Both the position numbers and the translations under genes were made by a program. A DNA stretch of 64,000 nt from NCBI GenBank assembly GCA_963726245.1, contig CAVSBT010000039.1, forward strand, positions 1-64,000, read 5' to 3'. Below the pieces are notes generated by a model. The model was not told where the DNA came from, made no database searches, and saw only the letters and a list, made by a program, of their open reading frames with translations. Below are positions 42,462-51,861 of this stretch, one piece after another (the first letter of the stretch is position 1; every line of letters starts with the position of its first letter). The stretch is from an uncultured Chloroflexia bacterium. GTDB taxonomy: Bacteria; Chloroflexota; Dehalococcoidia; DSTF01; JALHUB01.

Positions 42462-43862
42462 CTACTTCGCTGCCGGCTTGATGTTCTGGTTCACGCGAAA
42501 CAGGTTGGTCGGGTCATACTTGGCCTTTATCTGGGCCAGCCGCCGGTAATTGTCCCGATAGGTGGCCTCGACGCCCTCCTGTCCCTCCTCCATCATGAAG
42601 TTCACGTAGGCGCCGCCCGCCGAGTAGGGATGCAACGCCTTCCAATACTCCTTCGCCCACGAGATGATGGCGTCGTTATTCGCCGGGTCCGAGTCGATGC
42701 CCCCATAGACCGTCGACCAGGTGACGTCGCGGTAGCTGAAGGCCGTATCATTGCGCCCGACACGGTGCACCGCGCCATCGACGGGGTACAGGTGCATGGT
42801 GGAGAGCGCGGAGGGGAGTCGCGAGCCGTACTTCACGTGCAGCGCGATGGCCTCATCGCTCAGCTCCCTGACGAAGTCGCCCTTCCAGTACCACTGCAGG
42901 CCCGGCGGGAGCAGCGGGTCGAAAAGGCTCTGGAGCGCGGGGTAGGGCATGGGCGCCAAATGCGTGAACGCCGGCGGGCCAAACTCGGCCGCAGGCCTGA
43001 GCGCTTGCTCGCCCTTGTCCGCGGGCCCTGTGTAGCACCAGACGACCCCGCACATGTTCTTGTTGTGGATCTTGTCAGGGAACGGCGGGACGGGAGGCAC
43101 CCTCATGAAGGCGAAGAACCCGAATATGTCTTCCGGCGCGTTCGTGATGAAATCGCGGTACCACGTCATCGCCTCCGCGCCTTTCTCAATGGGCCAGAGA
43201 GTGATCCCCGAGTACACCGTGTGCACGGGGTGCAGCCTAAAGAGAAACGAGGTCACCACGCCGAAGTTGCCGCCGCCGCCGCGTATTGCCCAGAAGAGGT
43301 CCTTATTCTCCTCAGCGCTGGCGGTGACGAAGCTTCCATCAGCCAGGACCAGGTCGGCGGCCAGCAAGTTGTCGATGGTCAGGCCGTACTTGCGTGTCAG
43401 GTAGCCGTGACCGCCGCCCAGCGTCAGCCCGGCAACGCCGGTCCCCGCGAACACCCCGGCGGGTACCGCGAGGCCGAAAGCATGGGTCGCGTGGTCCAGG
43501 TCCCCCAGCGTACAGCCCCCCTGGACCAGCGCCGTGCGGGATTTCGGGTCGACCCATACGCCGTTCATCGGCGCGAGGTCTATGACCAGGCCATCGTCAC
43601 ACACGCCCAGGCCGGCCCCGTTGTGGCCGCCGCCACGGATGGCCAGGGGCAGCCCGTTCTCGCGGGCGAAGCCTACGGCCGAGGCCACATCCGCCACGTC
43701 CGCACAGCGCGCAATGAGAGCGGGGTGCTTGTCAATCATCCCATTGTAGACCTTGCGGGCGGCGTCGTAGCCTTTATCGCCGCGCCGGATGAGATCGCCG
43801 CGGAAGCCGGCCCGCAGTTCTTCGATCGCCTTCTCCTCGAGAGGCGGAACCTTCGCAACCAT
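42462..43862 (-). CDS. FAD-linked oxidase (BBE / 6-HDNO-like, VAO/PCMH family)
   Basis: RGGGHN covalent-His motif, DLFWAIRGGGGNFGVVT, YVNF, KAKYDPTNLF. Confidence 0.93.
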   Translation of the reverse strand: MVAKVPPLEEKAIEELRAGFRGDLIRRGDKGYDAARKVYNGMIDKHPALIARCADVADVASAVGFARENGLPLAIRGGGHNGAGLGVCDDGLVIDLAPMNGVWVDPKSRTALVQGGCTLGDLDHATHAFGLAVPAGVFAGTGVAGLTLGGGHGYLTRKYGLTIDNLLAADLVLADGSFVTASAEENKDLFWAIRGGGGNFGVVTSFLFRLHPVHTVYSGITLWPIEKGAEAMTWYRDFITNAPEDIFGFFAFMRVPPVPPFPDKIHNKNMCGVVWCYTGPADKGEQALRPAAEFGPPAFTHLAPMPYPALQSLFDPLLPPGLQWYWKGDFVRELSDEAIALHVKYGSRLPSALSTMHLYPVDGAVHRVGRNDTAFSYRDVTWSTVYGGIDSDPANNDAIISWAKEYWKALHPYSAGGAYVNFMMEEGQEGVEATYRDNYRRLAQIKAKYDPTNLFRVNQNIKPAAK

Positions 43863-43898
43863 GATCTGAATAGACTCCTTTCTCTCAGGTCTGAGATC

Positions 43899-44213
43899 TC
43901 ACCTGACCGCGGATGCCTGGTAGAACGACGTCAGGACTTCGCCGTCGTTCCACTCCGGGTCCGCTTCCAGGAGCTCACGCAGCCTCCGGTACCAGCGGTC
44001 CTGCTCTGGGTCGTCGGCGTTCTTGAGGTAGCTGGCCTCCGAATCGAAGACGGCAACGCCCATCAGCTCTCCGGGTCGTGACCTAGAGCGGAACAGGTAG
44101 CCGGCAACGAATCCGGCCGGCGCGCTCCGCTCCAGTTCTTCGCGGCTCATCAGGTCTTGGATCGCCGCTTCCGCCCCCGGCTTGGGCCGCATGAAATAGA
44201 TAGTGCCGAACAT
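43899..44213 (-). CDS. ABM-like dimeric alpha/beta-barrel protein
   Basis: KPG.E, PAGF, Y..NAD.PEQD.WY..LR.LLE.DPEW.DGE; paralog of 44572-44907. Confidence 0.7.
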   Translation of the reverse strand: MFGTIYFMRPKPGAEAAIQDLMSREELERSAPAGFVAGYLFRSRSRPGELMGVAVFDSEASYLKNADDPEQDRWYRRLRELLEADPEWNDGEVLTSFYQASAVR

Positions 44214-44304
44214 GTTCTCCCTCCTTTGATGACTTGATGAGTGGGGCGGATTCGCGTTCTTCTCCGCCCTAATGGCTGCCGGCGTGCAAGCCAGCAGATT
44301 CTAC

Positions 44305-44532
44305 CTAGGCGCGGCCGGCTTGGCTTCCAGGGCGCCCTCGGGAGCGCAGCCTGAGCGGCGCTAGGTGGAAGGCCAGAGAGACGAATTGGCGGGCCTGCTG
44401 GCGGCGCAGGCGCCCAGATCGTGACGGCGAAGGGCCCGTCCCTCTTTGGGCGCGTTCAGCCTCCTCGTCGAGCTCTCTCATTCTCTCAGCCGCCGCATAT
44501 TCCAGATATAGCGGTGAGTCCCACATGTCCAA
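44305..44532 (-). CDS. Small hypothetical protein
   Basis: Co-directional ORF filling the operon gap; helical ERMRELDEEAER segment. Confidence 0.4.
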   Translation of the reverse strand: MDMWDSPLYLEYAAAERMRELDEEAERAQRGTGPSPSRSGRLRRQQARQFVSLAFHLAPLRLRSRGRPGSQAGRA

Positions 44533-44571
44533 GTCCTTTCCGGTGCTACTGCCGACCGGCTTCTCGCGGCC

Positions 44572-44907
44572 TCAGGCGGTGCGCGCCGCCGCTCGCTCGG
44601 TTTTGGCGTCTGCCTCACGCTCCAGCGTGCCGTCGAACCACTCGGGGTCGCTCTCCAAGTACGACCGCAACTCGCGGAACCAGGCATCCTGCTCGGGCCG
44701 GTTCGCGTTCCTGACGTAGTTCACGGTGTTGTCCCAGCGCGCCGCCCCCATGAACTCGTTAGGGTCGGTGTTGCTCGCCACCAGAATCGTCCGCTCATAC
44801 CCGATGGCGTCTGCTTTCTGCTCGCGCACCCACTTGTCGAAGTGGTCGAAGAGCGCCTGCCGCTTGCCGGGCAGGACCTTGAAGCGGAAAAACGTCACGT
44901 GTGCCAT
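44572..44907 (-). CDS. ABM-like dimeric alpha/beta-barrel protein
   Basis: VLPGKR, Y..NAN.PEQD.W..ELR..LE.DPEW.DG; AGGAGG RBS. Confidence 0.7.
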   Translation of the reverse strand: MAHVTFFRFKVLPGKRQALFDHFDKWVREQKADAIGYERTILVASNTDPNEFMGAARWDNTVNYVRNANRPEQDAWFRELRSYLESDPEWFDGTLEREADAKTERAAARTA

Positions 44908-44976
44908 GGTGATCTCCCTCCTCTTGAGTAAGACCGGCCGGGGCCGACGGCTCGGCCCCGGCAGCAAGATGATCTA

Positions 44977-45345
44977 TTACTTCGCGTAGTTGCTCGCGCC
45001 TGCCCAGTCTATGAGCACCACGGGCTCATTGCCGACGACCCAGCCATCGTGTCCGGATGGAAGAGCCGACACCTCTCCGGGGCCGACCTCGAACTCGGTG
45101 CCGTCCGCCATCAGAACGTGGAGGCGTCCGGACAGGTGGTACTGGAAATGAGGCGCCTCACACCATTCGGTGCCGGCGATGGGCTTAACGTGCGTGGACC
45201 ACCTCCAGCCCGGCTGCAAGGTGAGCCGCCCCACAGTCCCTCCCCCAATGTTTACGAGGTCGACCTTTCCCTTCTCGAAGGTCCTCGTCTCGTCGGGTGA
45301 CCTCAGGTCCTTCCGCTCGTAGAGTTTGGTCGTTGATTGTGTCAC
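44977..45345 (-). CDS. Cupin-domain protein
   Basis: PDETRTFEKG, PGWRWS, C..PH..Y..SG.L, P.GHD.WV.G.EP. Confidence 0.85.
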   Translation of the reverse strand: MTQSTTKLYERKDLRSPDETRTFEKGKVDLVNIGGGTVGRLTLQPGWRWSTHVKPIAGTEWCEAPHFQYHLSGRLHVLMADGTEFEVGPGEVSALPSGHDGWVVGNEPVVLIDWAGASNYAK

Positions 45346-45447
45346 GGTGTCTCCCTCCTGTTTGCTCTGCCGCCCCTGATGGTGCGGCAATATCATCCCT
45401 GGACATGGGCGGCGGCCTCCTTGCCTCCGCTGTCCGCGACTCCAGCG

Positions 45448-45870
45448 TTAGGCCGGAGTAGCCAAGGGTATCCTCGTTACGCCGAGCTGGGTCAGCACGT
45501 GCGCCATGTCGATGTACTCCCGCTCGCGGTAGATTTTCCCGTCCCGCACTTCGAGGACATCGCAGACCGGTATGGTAACCGACCGTCCTGTAGGAGCGAT
45601 GCCCATCATGTCGCCCTTGTGCGTGCCGCGGCCGATGAACTCGACCAGGACCGTATCGCCGGACTCCTTGATGTTGACGACGTCGATGCGGCCGTCGGGA
45701 AAGGCGGTGGCGAACATTCGGGCAACGGCCAGACCGGCCTCAGGTCCCTTCTGTTCCCTGCCATCACCCCCGGTGTAGGTGTAGTCCGGGTGCATCAGAT
45801 CGCGCATGCGATCGAAGTTCCGGCTGTTCCAGGCATCCAAAGACTCTTTTACAACGTCCTTCGCAGACAT
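45448..45870 (-). CDS. SnoaL-like / ester cyclase (NTF2 fold)
   Basis: AFPD, GTHKG...GIAPTGR, DGKI....Y.D....QLG. Confidence 0.88.
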   Translation of the reverse strand: MSAKDVVKESLDAWNSRNFDRMRDLMHPDYTYTGGDGREQKGPEAGLAVARMFATAFPDGRIDVVNIKESGDTVLVEFIGRGTHKGDMMGIAPTGRSVTIPVCDVLEVRDGKIYREREYIDMAHVLTQLGVTRIPLATPA

Positions 45871-45933
45871 GTTCCTCCGTCCTTTCGTCTTGAGCACAGC
45901 GAGACCCCCGGACCGCTGTCCGGGGGCCGTCGA

Positions 45934-46194
45934 TTACATCTGATGGAATGACCTGATCTGCTCCGGAGTGAACTTGGTCACCTCGGTGACGCGCGCCTTG
46001 TTGCGCACGATGGCGGGGGCCATGTTTCGGGCGGCGGCCTCGCTTCCCGCCTCTACTACACCCCAGGCGGTGTGGTTCCCCGCCATGCACCCCCAGTCGA
46101 ACTTGGACAAGAAGCCCTGACCTCGCGCCAGGACGTCATCCAGGGCCTGGAGGCACTCCTCCTTGGTGTGCGGCGACTCGATCAAGTAAGTCAT
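45934..46194 (-). CDS. Small hypothetical protein with His/Cys motifs
   Basis: PHT.EEC, WGC..G.H; GGAGG RBS; first gene of the operon. Confidence 0.7.
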   Translation of the reverse strand: MTYLIESPHTKEECLQALDDVLARGQGFLSKFDWGCMAGNHTAWGVVEAGSEAAARNMAPAIVRNKARVTEVTKFTPEQIRSFHQM

Positions 46195-46535
46195 TGTCTG
46201 CTCCCTCCGTGGATCTCTTGAACCTTGGGACCTTAGAAGCTTGGAACCTTGGGGCCGTGGCGCCCTGGTTCGAAGGTTCTACCGTTCCAAGATTCCGTCC
46301 CTATGTCCCATTGTTCTTCTGTGCCAATGCTCTTTGTCCGACCACCTCCCCCCCCGCCCGCCAATCCATCCAATCGCCCGACGCCGGGCGCGCACGGTCC
46401 TACTTAGGGCACACGACACAAGTAGTATATCAAATGCCTCACTCTTTTCGCTAGTGCTGACCTGCGACCTTTGTATAAGCTATCCCCAAGATTCAGCCTG
46501 CACTCATAGCCAGCAGGCGCGGGCAGATCGCCGCC

Positions 46536-46564
46536 TTGACCACCGTCGGCGGCGGCCCTAGAGT
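46536..46564 (+). promoter_or_regulatory. Putative sigma70 promoter of the mqn operon
   Basis: TTGACC-N17-TAGAGT. Confidence 0.5.
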
Positions 46565-46628
46565 GGATATGTTCCGCCGAGGAACAGGCAGCTCGATTCC
46601 CCGGGAAGGCCAGCAGGAACCGCCCCTC

Positions 46629-47552
46629 ATGACCACAGGCTCCCGCAGCAGCTCCTCCGACATCTCGACGCGCCCCTCGACCTGGACGCGCCTGCTCAGC
46701 GGGCCAGCCCGCCTGGTACTTTTCCTCGAGACCGTCAAGTTCGAGCACACCGTCTTCGCCCTCCCCTTCGCCTACGTCGCCCTCTTCCTGGCCGCCGGCG
46801 GCCTCCCGTCGGCGGCTGACTTCGCCTGGATCACCGTGGCCATGGTCTCGGCGCGCACGTTTGCCATGGCCGCCAACCGCCTCATCGACGCCGAGATCGA
46901 CGCCCGCAACCCGCGCACCGCCTCGCGGCCCCTGCCGGCGGGCCGCACGTCCCGCGCCGAGGTGTCGCTCTTCGTCGCGGCCTCGGCGGTTGTCTTCGTG
47001 GTGTCGGCCTTTCAGTTCGGCTCCCTGGCGCGCTTGCTGTGGCCTATCGTGCTGGTGGGCATGGCCGCCTATCCCTACGCCAAGCGCTTCACCTGGGCCA
47101 GCCACCTGGCCCTGGGCCTGGTCTACGTCATGGTCCCGACCGGCGTCTGGGTGGCCCTCCACAACCAGCTCTCCGGCGCCTCGCTGGCCCTGGGCCTGGC
47201 GGCCGGCTGCTGGGTGGCCGGCTTCGACGTCATCTACGCTTGCCAGGACATCGACGTCGACCGCCGCGACGGCCTGCACTCGCTGCCGGCGGACGTCGGG
47301 CGTGGCCCCGGCCCTGGCGGTGGCCCGCGTTCTGCACGCCCTCATGCTGGCCGCCCTGATCGCGGCCGGCTGGTCGCTGGAGCGGGGGTCTGGTACTACG
47401 TCGGGGTTGCCGTCACCGGCCTGCTCCTGGCCTACGAGCACCGGCTGGTGTCGCCCCGCGACCTGTCGCGCGTGGACGCCGCCTTCTTCACGACGAATGG
47501 CGTCATCAGCCTCCTCCTGCTGGGAGCGGTGGTGGCGGACACCGTCATCTAA
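46629..47552 (+). CDS. mqnP: UbiA-family prenyltransferase (MqnP-like; compensating indels near 47301 and 47380)
   Basis: [35 protein letters not shown]...D...GLHS. Confidence 0.88.
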   Translation: MTTGSRSSSSDISTRPSTWTRLLSGPARLVLFLETVKFEHTVFALPFAYVALFLAAGGLPSAADFAWITVAMVSARTFAMAANRLIDAEIDARNPRTASRPLPAGRTSRAEVSLFVAASAVVFVVSAFQFGSLARLLWPIVLVGMAAYPYAKRFTWASHLALGLVYVMVPTGVWVALHNQLSGASLALGLAAGCWVAGFDVIYACQDIDVDRRDGLHSLPADVGRGPGPGGGPRSARPHAGRPDRGRLVAGAGVWYYVGVAVTGLLLAYEHRLVSPRDLSRVDAAFFTTNGVISLLLLGAVVADTVI

Positions 47553-47564
47553 AGGGGACGAGCG

Positions 47565-48199
47565 ATGGCTCTCTACGTAGTCGGCATCACAGGAGGCAGC
47601 GGCGCGCCTTACGCCCGGCGGCTGCTCCAGGTACTGCTGGAGGCAGGCCACCAGGTCAAGCTGGTCGTCACGGAGTCCGGCGAGCGGGTGCTGGCCATCG
47701 AGCTGGGCCTGCGGCTGGAGGGGACGCTCGACGAGCGCGCCGAGCGGTGGCGCTCGTTCCTCGGGCGGCCAGCCCGGCGACCCGGCGCTGGAGCTCTTCC
47801 ACTCCGCGCGACATGGCCGCCTCCATATCGAGCGGCTCGTTCCCCACCTCGGGGATGGTGGTCATACCGTGCAGCATGGGCGCCCTGGCCCGCATCGCCG
47901 CCGGCGTGTCGACCAACCTGGTCGAGCGGGCGGCGGACGTGACCATGAAGGAGCGGCGCCCGCTGGTGCTGGTGCCCCGCGAGACGCCGCTGAACGACAT
48001 CCACCTGGAGAACATGCTCCGCCTGCGCCGCGCCGGCGTCGACATCCTGCCCGCCGCGCCCGGCTTCTACCACCAGCCGCGCACTATCGACGACCTGGTG
48101 GACTTCATCGTGGCGCGGGTGCTGGACCGCCTCGGCATCGAGCACCAACTCCTGCGGCGCTGGACGGGGGACGCGCCGGAACTGGTCGAGGAGCCGTAG
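47565..48199 (+). CDS. ubiX: Flavin prenyltransferase UbiX (two +1 indels near 47775 and 47806)
   Basis: [39 protein letters not shown]. Confidence 0.9.
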
Positions 48200-49963
48200 G
48201 TGGCGAAGTGGCCGGACCTCCAGTCCTTCCTCTGGCACCTGGAGCGCCAGGGCGAGCTGCGCCGGGTGCGCGTCGAGGTTGACCCCGCCCTCGAGATCAC
48301 GGAGATCGCCACCCGGACGGTGCGCGAGGAGGGCCCGGCCCTCCTCTTCGAGCGGGTGCGGGGCTCGCCCTACCCGCTGGCGATCAACATCTTCGGCAGC
48401 CGCCGTCGCATCCGGATGGCGCTGGGCCGCGAGCCGGGCGCTATCGGCGAGGAGCTGGCCGGCCTGGTGGAGCGCCTGAACCCGCCCTCGGCGCGCGCGC
48501 TCTGGTCGGCGAAAGGGAGCCTGCGCCGGATGCTGTCGATGCGCACGGCGGGGAGCCGCAAGGCCCTCTGCCAGGAGGTGGAGGAGGCGCCGGACCTGGA
48601 CGCGCTGCCGGCGCTCACCTGCTGGCCCGGCGACGGCGGGCGCTTCATCACCTTCCCTCTGGTGCTGACGCAGGACCCACAGACGCAGCGGCGGAACATG
48701 GGCATCTATCGCATGCAGGTCTTCGCGCGCGACCGGACGGGGATGCACTGGCAGGTCCAGAAGGGCGGCGGCTTCCACTACTACCGCGCGGAGCAGCAAG
48801 GCCAGCCCCTCGAGGTCGCGGTGGTGCTGGGGGGCGACCCGGCCCTCATGCTGGGAGCCGTCCTCCCCCTGCCGGAGGACCTCGACGAGGTGGCGTTCAG
48901 CGGCCTCCTGAGGGGGCAGCCGACGGGCATGGTGCCCGCCCGCAGCCTCTCGCTGCGCGTGCCCGCCAGCGCCGAGTTCGTCCTCGAGGGCGTCGTGCCA
49001 CCCGGCGAGCGGGAGATCGAGGGGCCCTTCGGCGACCACTTCGGCCACTACTCGGGGGCGGCGCCCTTCCCCGTCTTCCACGTGCGACGGGTGACGCGGC
49101 GGCGAAACCCCATCTACCCGGCGGCGGTGGTCGGCAAGCCTCCCATGGAGGACCGCTACCTGGGGGACGCCGCCCAGGAGATGCTGACGCCCCTCATCAA
49201 GGTGCTTCACCCGGAGCTGCGCGACCTCTGGGCCTACTACGAGGCCGGCTTCCACAACCTGCTGGTGGCCTCGGTGGAGGTGCGCTTCACCAAGGAGGCC
49301 ATGAAGACGGCCCTGGGCCTGCTCGGGCAGGGCCAGCTCGCCCTGACGAAGGTGGTCGTCCTGGTGGGGCCGGACGTCAACGTGCACGACTTCAACGACG
49401 TGCTGCGGGCCATCCAGCGGCACTTCAACCCCGGCGAGGACTTCGCGCTCATCCCGCGGGCGCCCCTCGACAGCCTGGACTTCACCGGCGTCCGCATGCA
49501 CTACGGGAGTAAAATGATCCTGGACGCCACCCCCAAGGCCGACCAGCCGCCGGCGGGCGAACCCGCGCCCATGAGCCTCGACCCGTCGGCCGCCTGCCGG
49601 CAGGTCCGCTCCTGGCGCCTGCTGGCCGGCACCCTCCTCGCCGTCCAGGTGGAGGGCGACGGCAGGGCGGCGCTCCAGGCGCTCCTCGGGCTGGAGGGCC
49701 TGGGTGGGGTGCGCATGGTGGCCGCCGTGAGCCCGGACGTAAGTCTCGAAAACGACGCCGAGCTCCTCTGGGGCATCTTCACCCGCTTCGACCCCGCCCG
49801 CGACGTGCTCTTCCAGGAGGTCGAGCTGCGGGGTGCCTGGCCGGTGTGCCGGGGCCGCCTGGGCATCGACTCCACGTTCAAGGAGGGCTACCCGGAGCCC
49901 CTGACCATGACCGACGAGATACGGAGGAAGGTAGACCAGCGATGGGCGGAGTACTGGCGGTAG
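48200..49963 (+). CDS. ubiD: UbiD-family decarboxylase of menaquinone biosynthesis (MqnL-like)
   Basis: GPALLFE, RNMGIYRMQV, EGPFGDHFGHY, VGKPPMED, GSKM..DAT. Confidence 0.92.
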   Translation: MAKWPDLQSFLWHLERQGELRRVRVEVDPALEITEIATRTVREEGPALLFERVRGSPYPLAINIFGSRRRIRMALGREPGAIGEELAGLVERLNPPSARALWSAKGSLRRMLSMRTAGSRKALCQEVEEAPDLDALPALTCWPGDGGRFITFPLVLTQDPQTQRRNMGIYRMQVFARDRTGMHWQVQKGGGFHYYRAEQQGQPLEVAVVLGGDPALMLGAVLPLPEDLDEVAFSGLLRGQPTGMVPARSLSLRVPASAEFVLEGVVPPGEREIEGPFGDHFGHYSGAAPFPVFHVRRVTRRRNPIYPAAVVGKPPMEDRYLGDAAQEMLTPLIKVLHPELRDLWAYYEAGFHNLLVASVEVRFTKEAMKTALGLLGQGQLALTKVVVLVGPDVNVHDFNDVLRAIQRHFNPGEDFALIPRAPLDSLDFTGVRMHYGSKMILDATPKADQPPAGEPAPMSLDPSAACRQVRSWRLLAGTLLAVQVEGDGRAALQALLGLEGLGGVRMVAAVSPDVSLENDAELLWGIFTRFDPARDVLFQEVELRGAWPVCRGRLGIDSTFKEGYPEPLTMTDEIRRKVDQRWAEYWR

Positions 49964-51057
49964 CCAGCGCGCCGGAGATCGACTTCTCCGACCCGGCGCT
50001 GGCGCCAATCTGGGAGAAGGTCCGGGCAGGCCAGCGTCTGGACGCCGCCGACGGCCTGCGCCTCTTCGAGACGGACGATCTTCTCGGTCTGGGGCGCATG
50101 GCCGGCTTCGCGAAGCGACAGCGCTGCGGCGACCGGGTCTACTTCGTCGTCAACCGGCAGGTGAACCCCACCAACCTCTGCGTCCTCTCCTGTCGCTTCT
50201 GCGACTTCGCCCGCAAGCGGGGCCAGGAGGGCGCCTACGAGATGACCCTCGACGAGGTGCTGGGCCACATCGACGACGAGATACGGGAGGTGCACATCGT
50301 CGGCGGCCACCACCCGGACTGGCCCTTCCAGTACTACGAGGACATGTTGCGGGCCATCCACGACCGCTTCCCAGCCGTGCAGCTCAAGGCCTTCACCGCC
50401 GCCGAGATAGACTACTTCAGCAAGCGCTTCAAGCTGCCGCTGGAGACGGTCCTGGCACGCCTCAAGGCCGCCGGCCTACAGTCGATGCCCGGCGGCGGCG
50501 CCGAGGTCTTCTCCGAGCGCGTGCGCAAGCTGCTCTTCCCGGGCAAGGCGGGCGCCCGCCGCTGGCTGGATATCCACCGCCTGGCCCACGGAATGGGCAT
50601 CAAGTCCAACTGTACGCTGCTCTACGGCCACATCGAGACCTACGAGGAGCGCGTGCGCCACCTGCTGCTCCTGCGCGAGCTCCAGGACGAGACGGGCGGC
50701 TTCCTGGCCTTTATCCCCCTGGCCTACCTGCCCGGCGACACCGGACTGGTGCCCCGCCAGGCCTCCGCCATCGAGGACCTGAAGATGGTGGCCGTCTCCC
50801 GCCTCCTGCTCGACAACGTGCCCCACGTCAAGGCCTACTGGGTGATGATCGGGGAGGAGACGGCATCGATGGCCCTCCACTTCGGGGCCAGCGACCTGGA
50901 CGGCACCATCGGCGAGGAGCGCATCGCCCACGCGGCGCACGCCGAGGGCCCCGCCGGGCTGGCCCGAGAGCGCATCATTCGCCTCATCCGCGACGCCGGC
51001 AAGACTCCCGTCGAGCGAGACGCCCTCTACAACGAGGTGCGCGTGTACGATGCTTAG
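49942..51057 (+). CDS. mqnE: Aminofutalosine synthase MqnE (radical SAM)
   Basis: NPTNLCVLSCRFCDF, KAFTAAEI, PGGGAE.F, H.KAYW.M, ERDALYN. Confidence 0.9.
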   Translation: MGGVLAVASAPEIDFSDPALAPIWEKVRAGQRLDAADGLRLFETDDLLGLGRMAGFAKRQRCGDRVYFVVNRQVNPTNLCVLSCRFCDFARKRGQEGAYEMTLDEVLGHIDDEIREVHIVGGHHPDWPFQYYEDMLRAIHDRFPAVQLKAFTAAEIDYFSKRFKLPLETVLARLKAAGLQSMPGGGAEVFSERVRKLLFPGKAGARRWLDIHRLAHGMGIKSNCTLLYGHIETYEERVRHLLLLRELQDETGGFLAFIPLAYLPGDTGLVPRQASAIEDLKMVAVSRLLLDNVPHVKAYWVMIGEETASMALHFGASDLDGTIGEERIAHAAHAEGPAGLARERIIRLIRDAGKTPVERDALYNEVRVYDA

Positions 51058-51861
51058 GGTCGGGCAGATACCCTACCTCAACCTGGAGCCCTTCTTCTTC
51101 GGCCTGTCCGCCTCGGTCGCCCTTCGACAGGCTCAGGGTGCGCCGGAAGTGGAGCTTCATCCGCTGCCGCCGCGGGCCATGGGCCAACTAGCCGCCGAGG
51201 GCGGCCTCGACGCCGGCGCCTTCTCGCTCATGGACTCCGTCCGGCTGGAGGACCGCTTCGAGCCCCTGGGCGACTTCTGCCTCGCCTGCGGCGGCGAGGT
51301 GCGCAGCGTCCTCTTCTTCGCCCGCCGCCCCATCGAGGAGCTGGCGGGCGCCACCGTGGCCGTCACCGGCGAGACCGCCACCTCGGTGGTGCTTCTGAAG
51401 GTCTTGCTGACGCTTCGCCACGGCCTCAGAGACGTCCGTTATGTCGACCTGGACGCCGGCGAGGCTGCCGACGGCTGCCTGCTCATCGGCGACGGGGCAT
51501 TGCGGCGCCGCCACGGCATCGATGGCCTCCCCCACCGCTACGACCTGGCCGAGGAGTGGGCTGCCTGGCAGGGCCTGCCCTTCGTCTTCGCCCGCTGGAT
51601 GGTGCGGGCGGCGGCGGACGTGGAAGAGAAGGCAGCCCTGCGCGATGCGCTGGCCGAGCGGCTGCGGGCCAACCTCGCCTCCCTCGACGCCATCGGCCGC
51701 GTGCGTCGGGACCTGGGCATGACCGTCTCCGAGATCAAGACTTACCTGGAGGGGTTCACCTATGAGCTGGGCGAACGGGAGCGCCGAGGGATGGAGACCT
51801 TCCTCCGGCTGTCGCGCTCCCTCGCCGCGGAGGGGGGACGGCCCATGCCGCCGGCGGCTAG
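51050..51861 (+). CDS. mqnA: Chorismate dehydratase MqnA (in frame with mqnC as assembled)
   Basis: VGQIPYLN..P, G.VRSV..F, TATSV.LL, LLIGD.AL, DLAEEW....GLPFVFA.W; the end shown assumes a lost G in the run at 51832-51837. Confidence 0.85.

Noticed and set aside
35362-46200. Integrative element at tRNA-Thr
   Set aside because: No integrase gene and no duplicated tRNA 3' end were found in the window
47609-50008. Long antisense ORFs (also 10514-12835, 23591-25792, 42396-44081, 62945-63967)
   Set aside because: Shadow ORFs from high GC3 bias opposite well-supported genes
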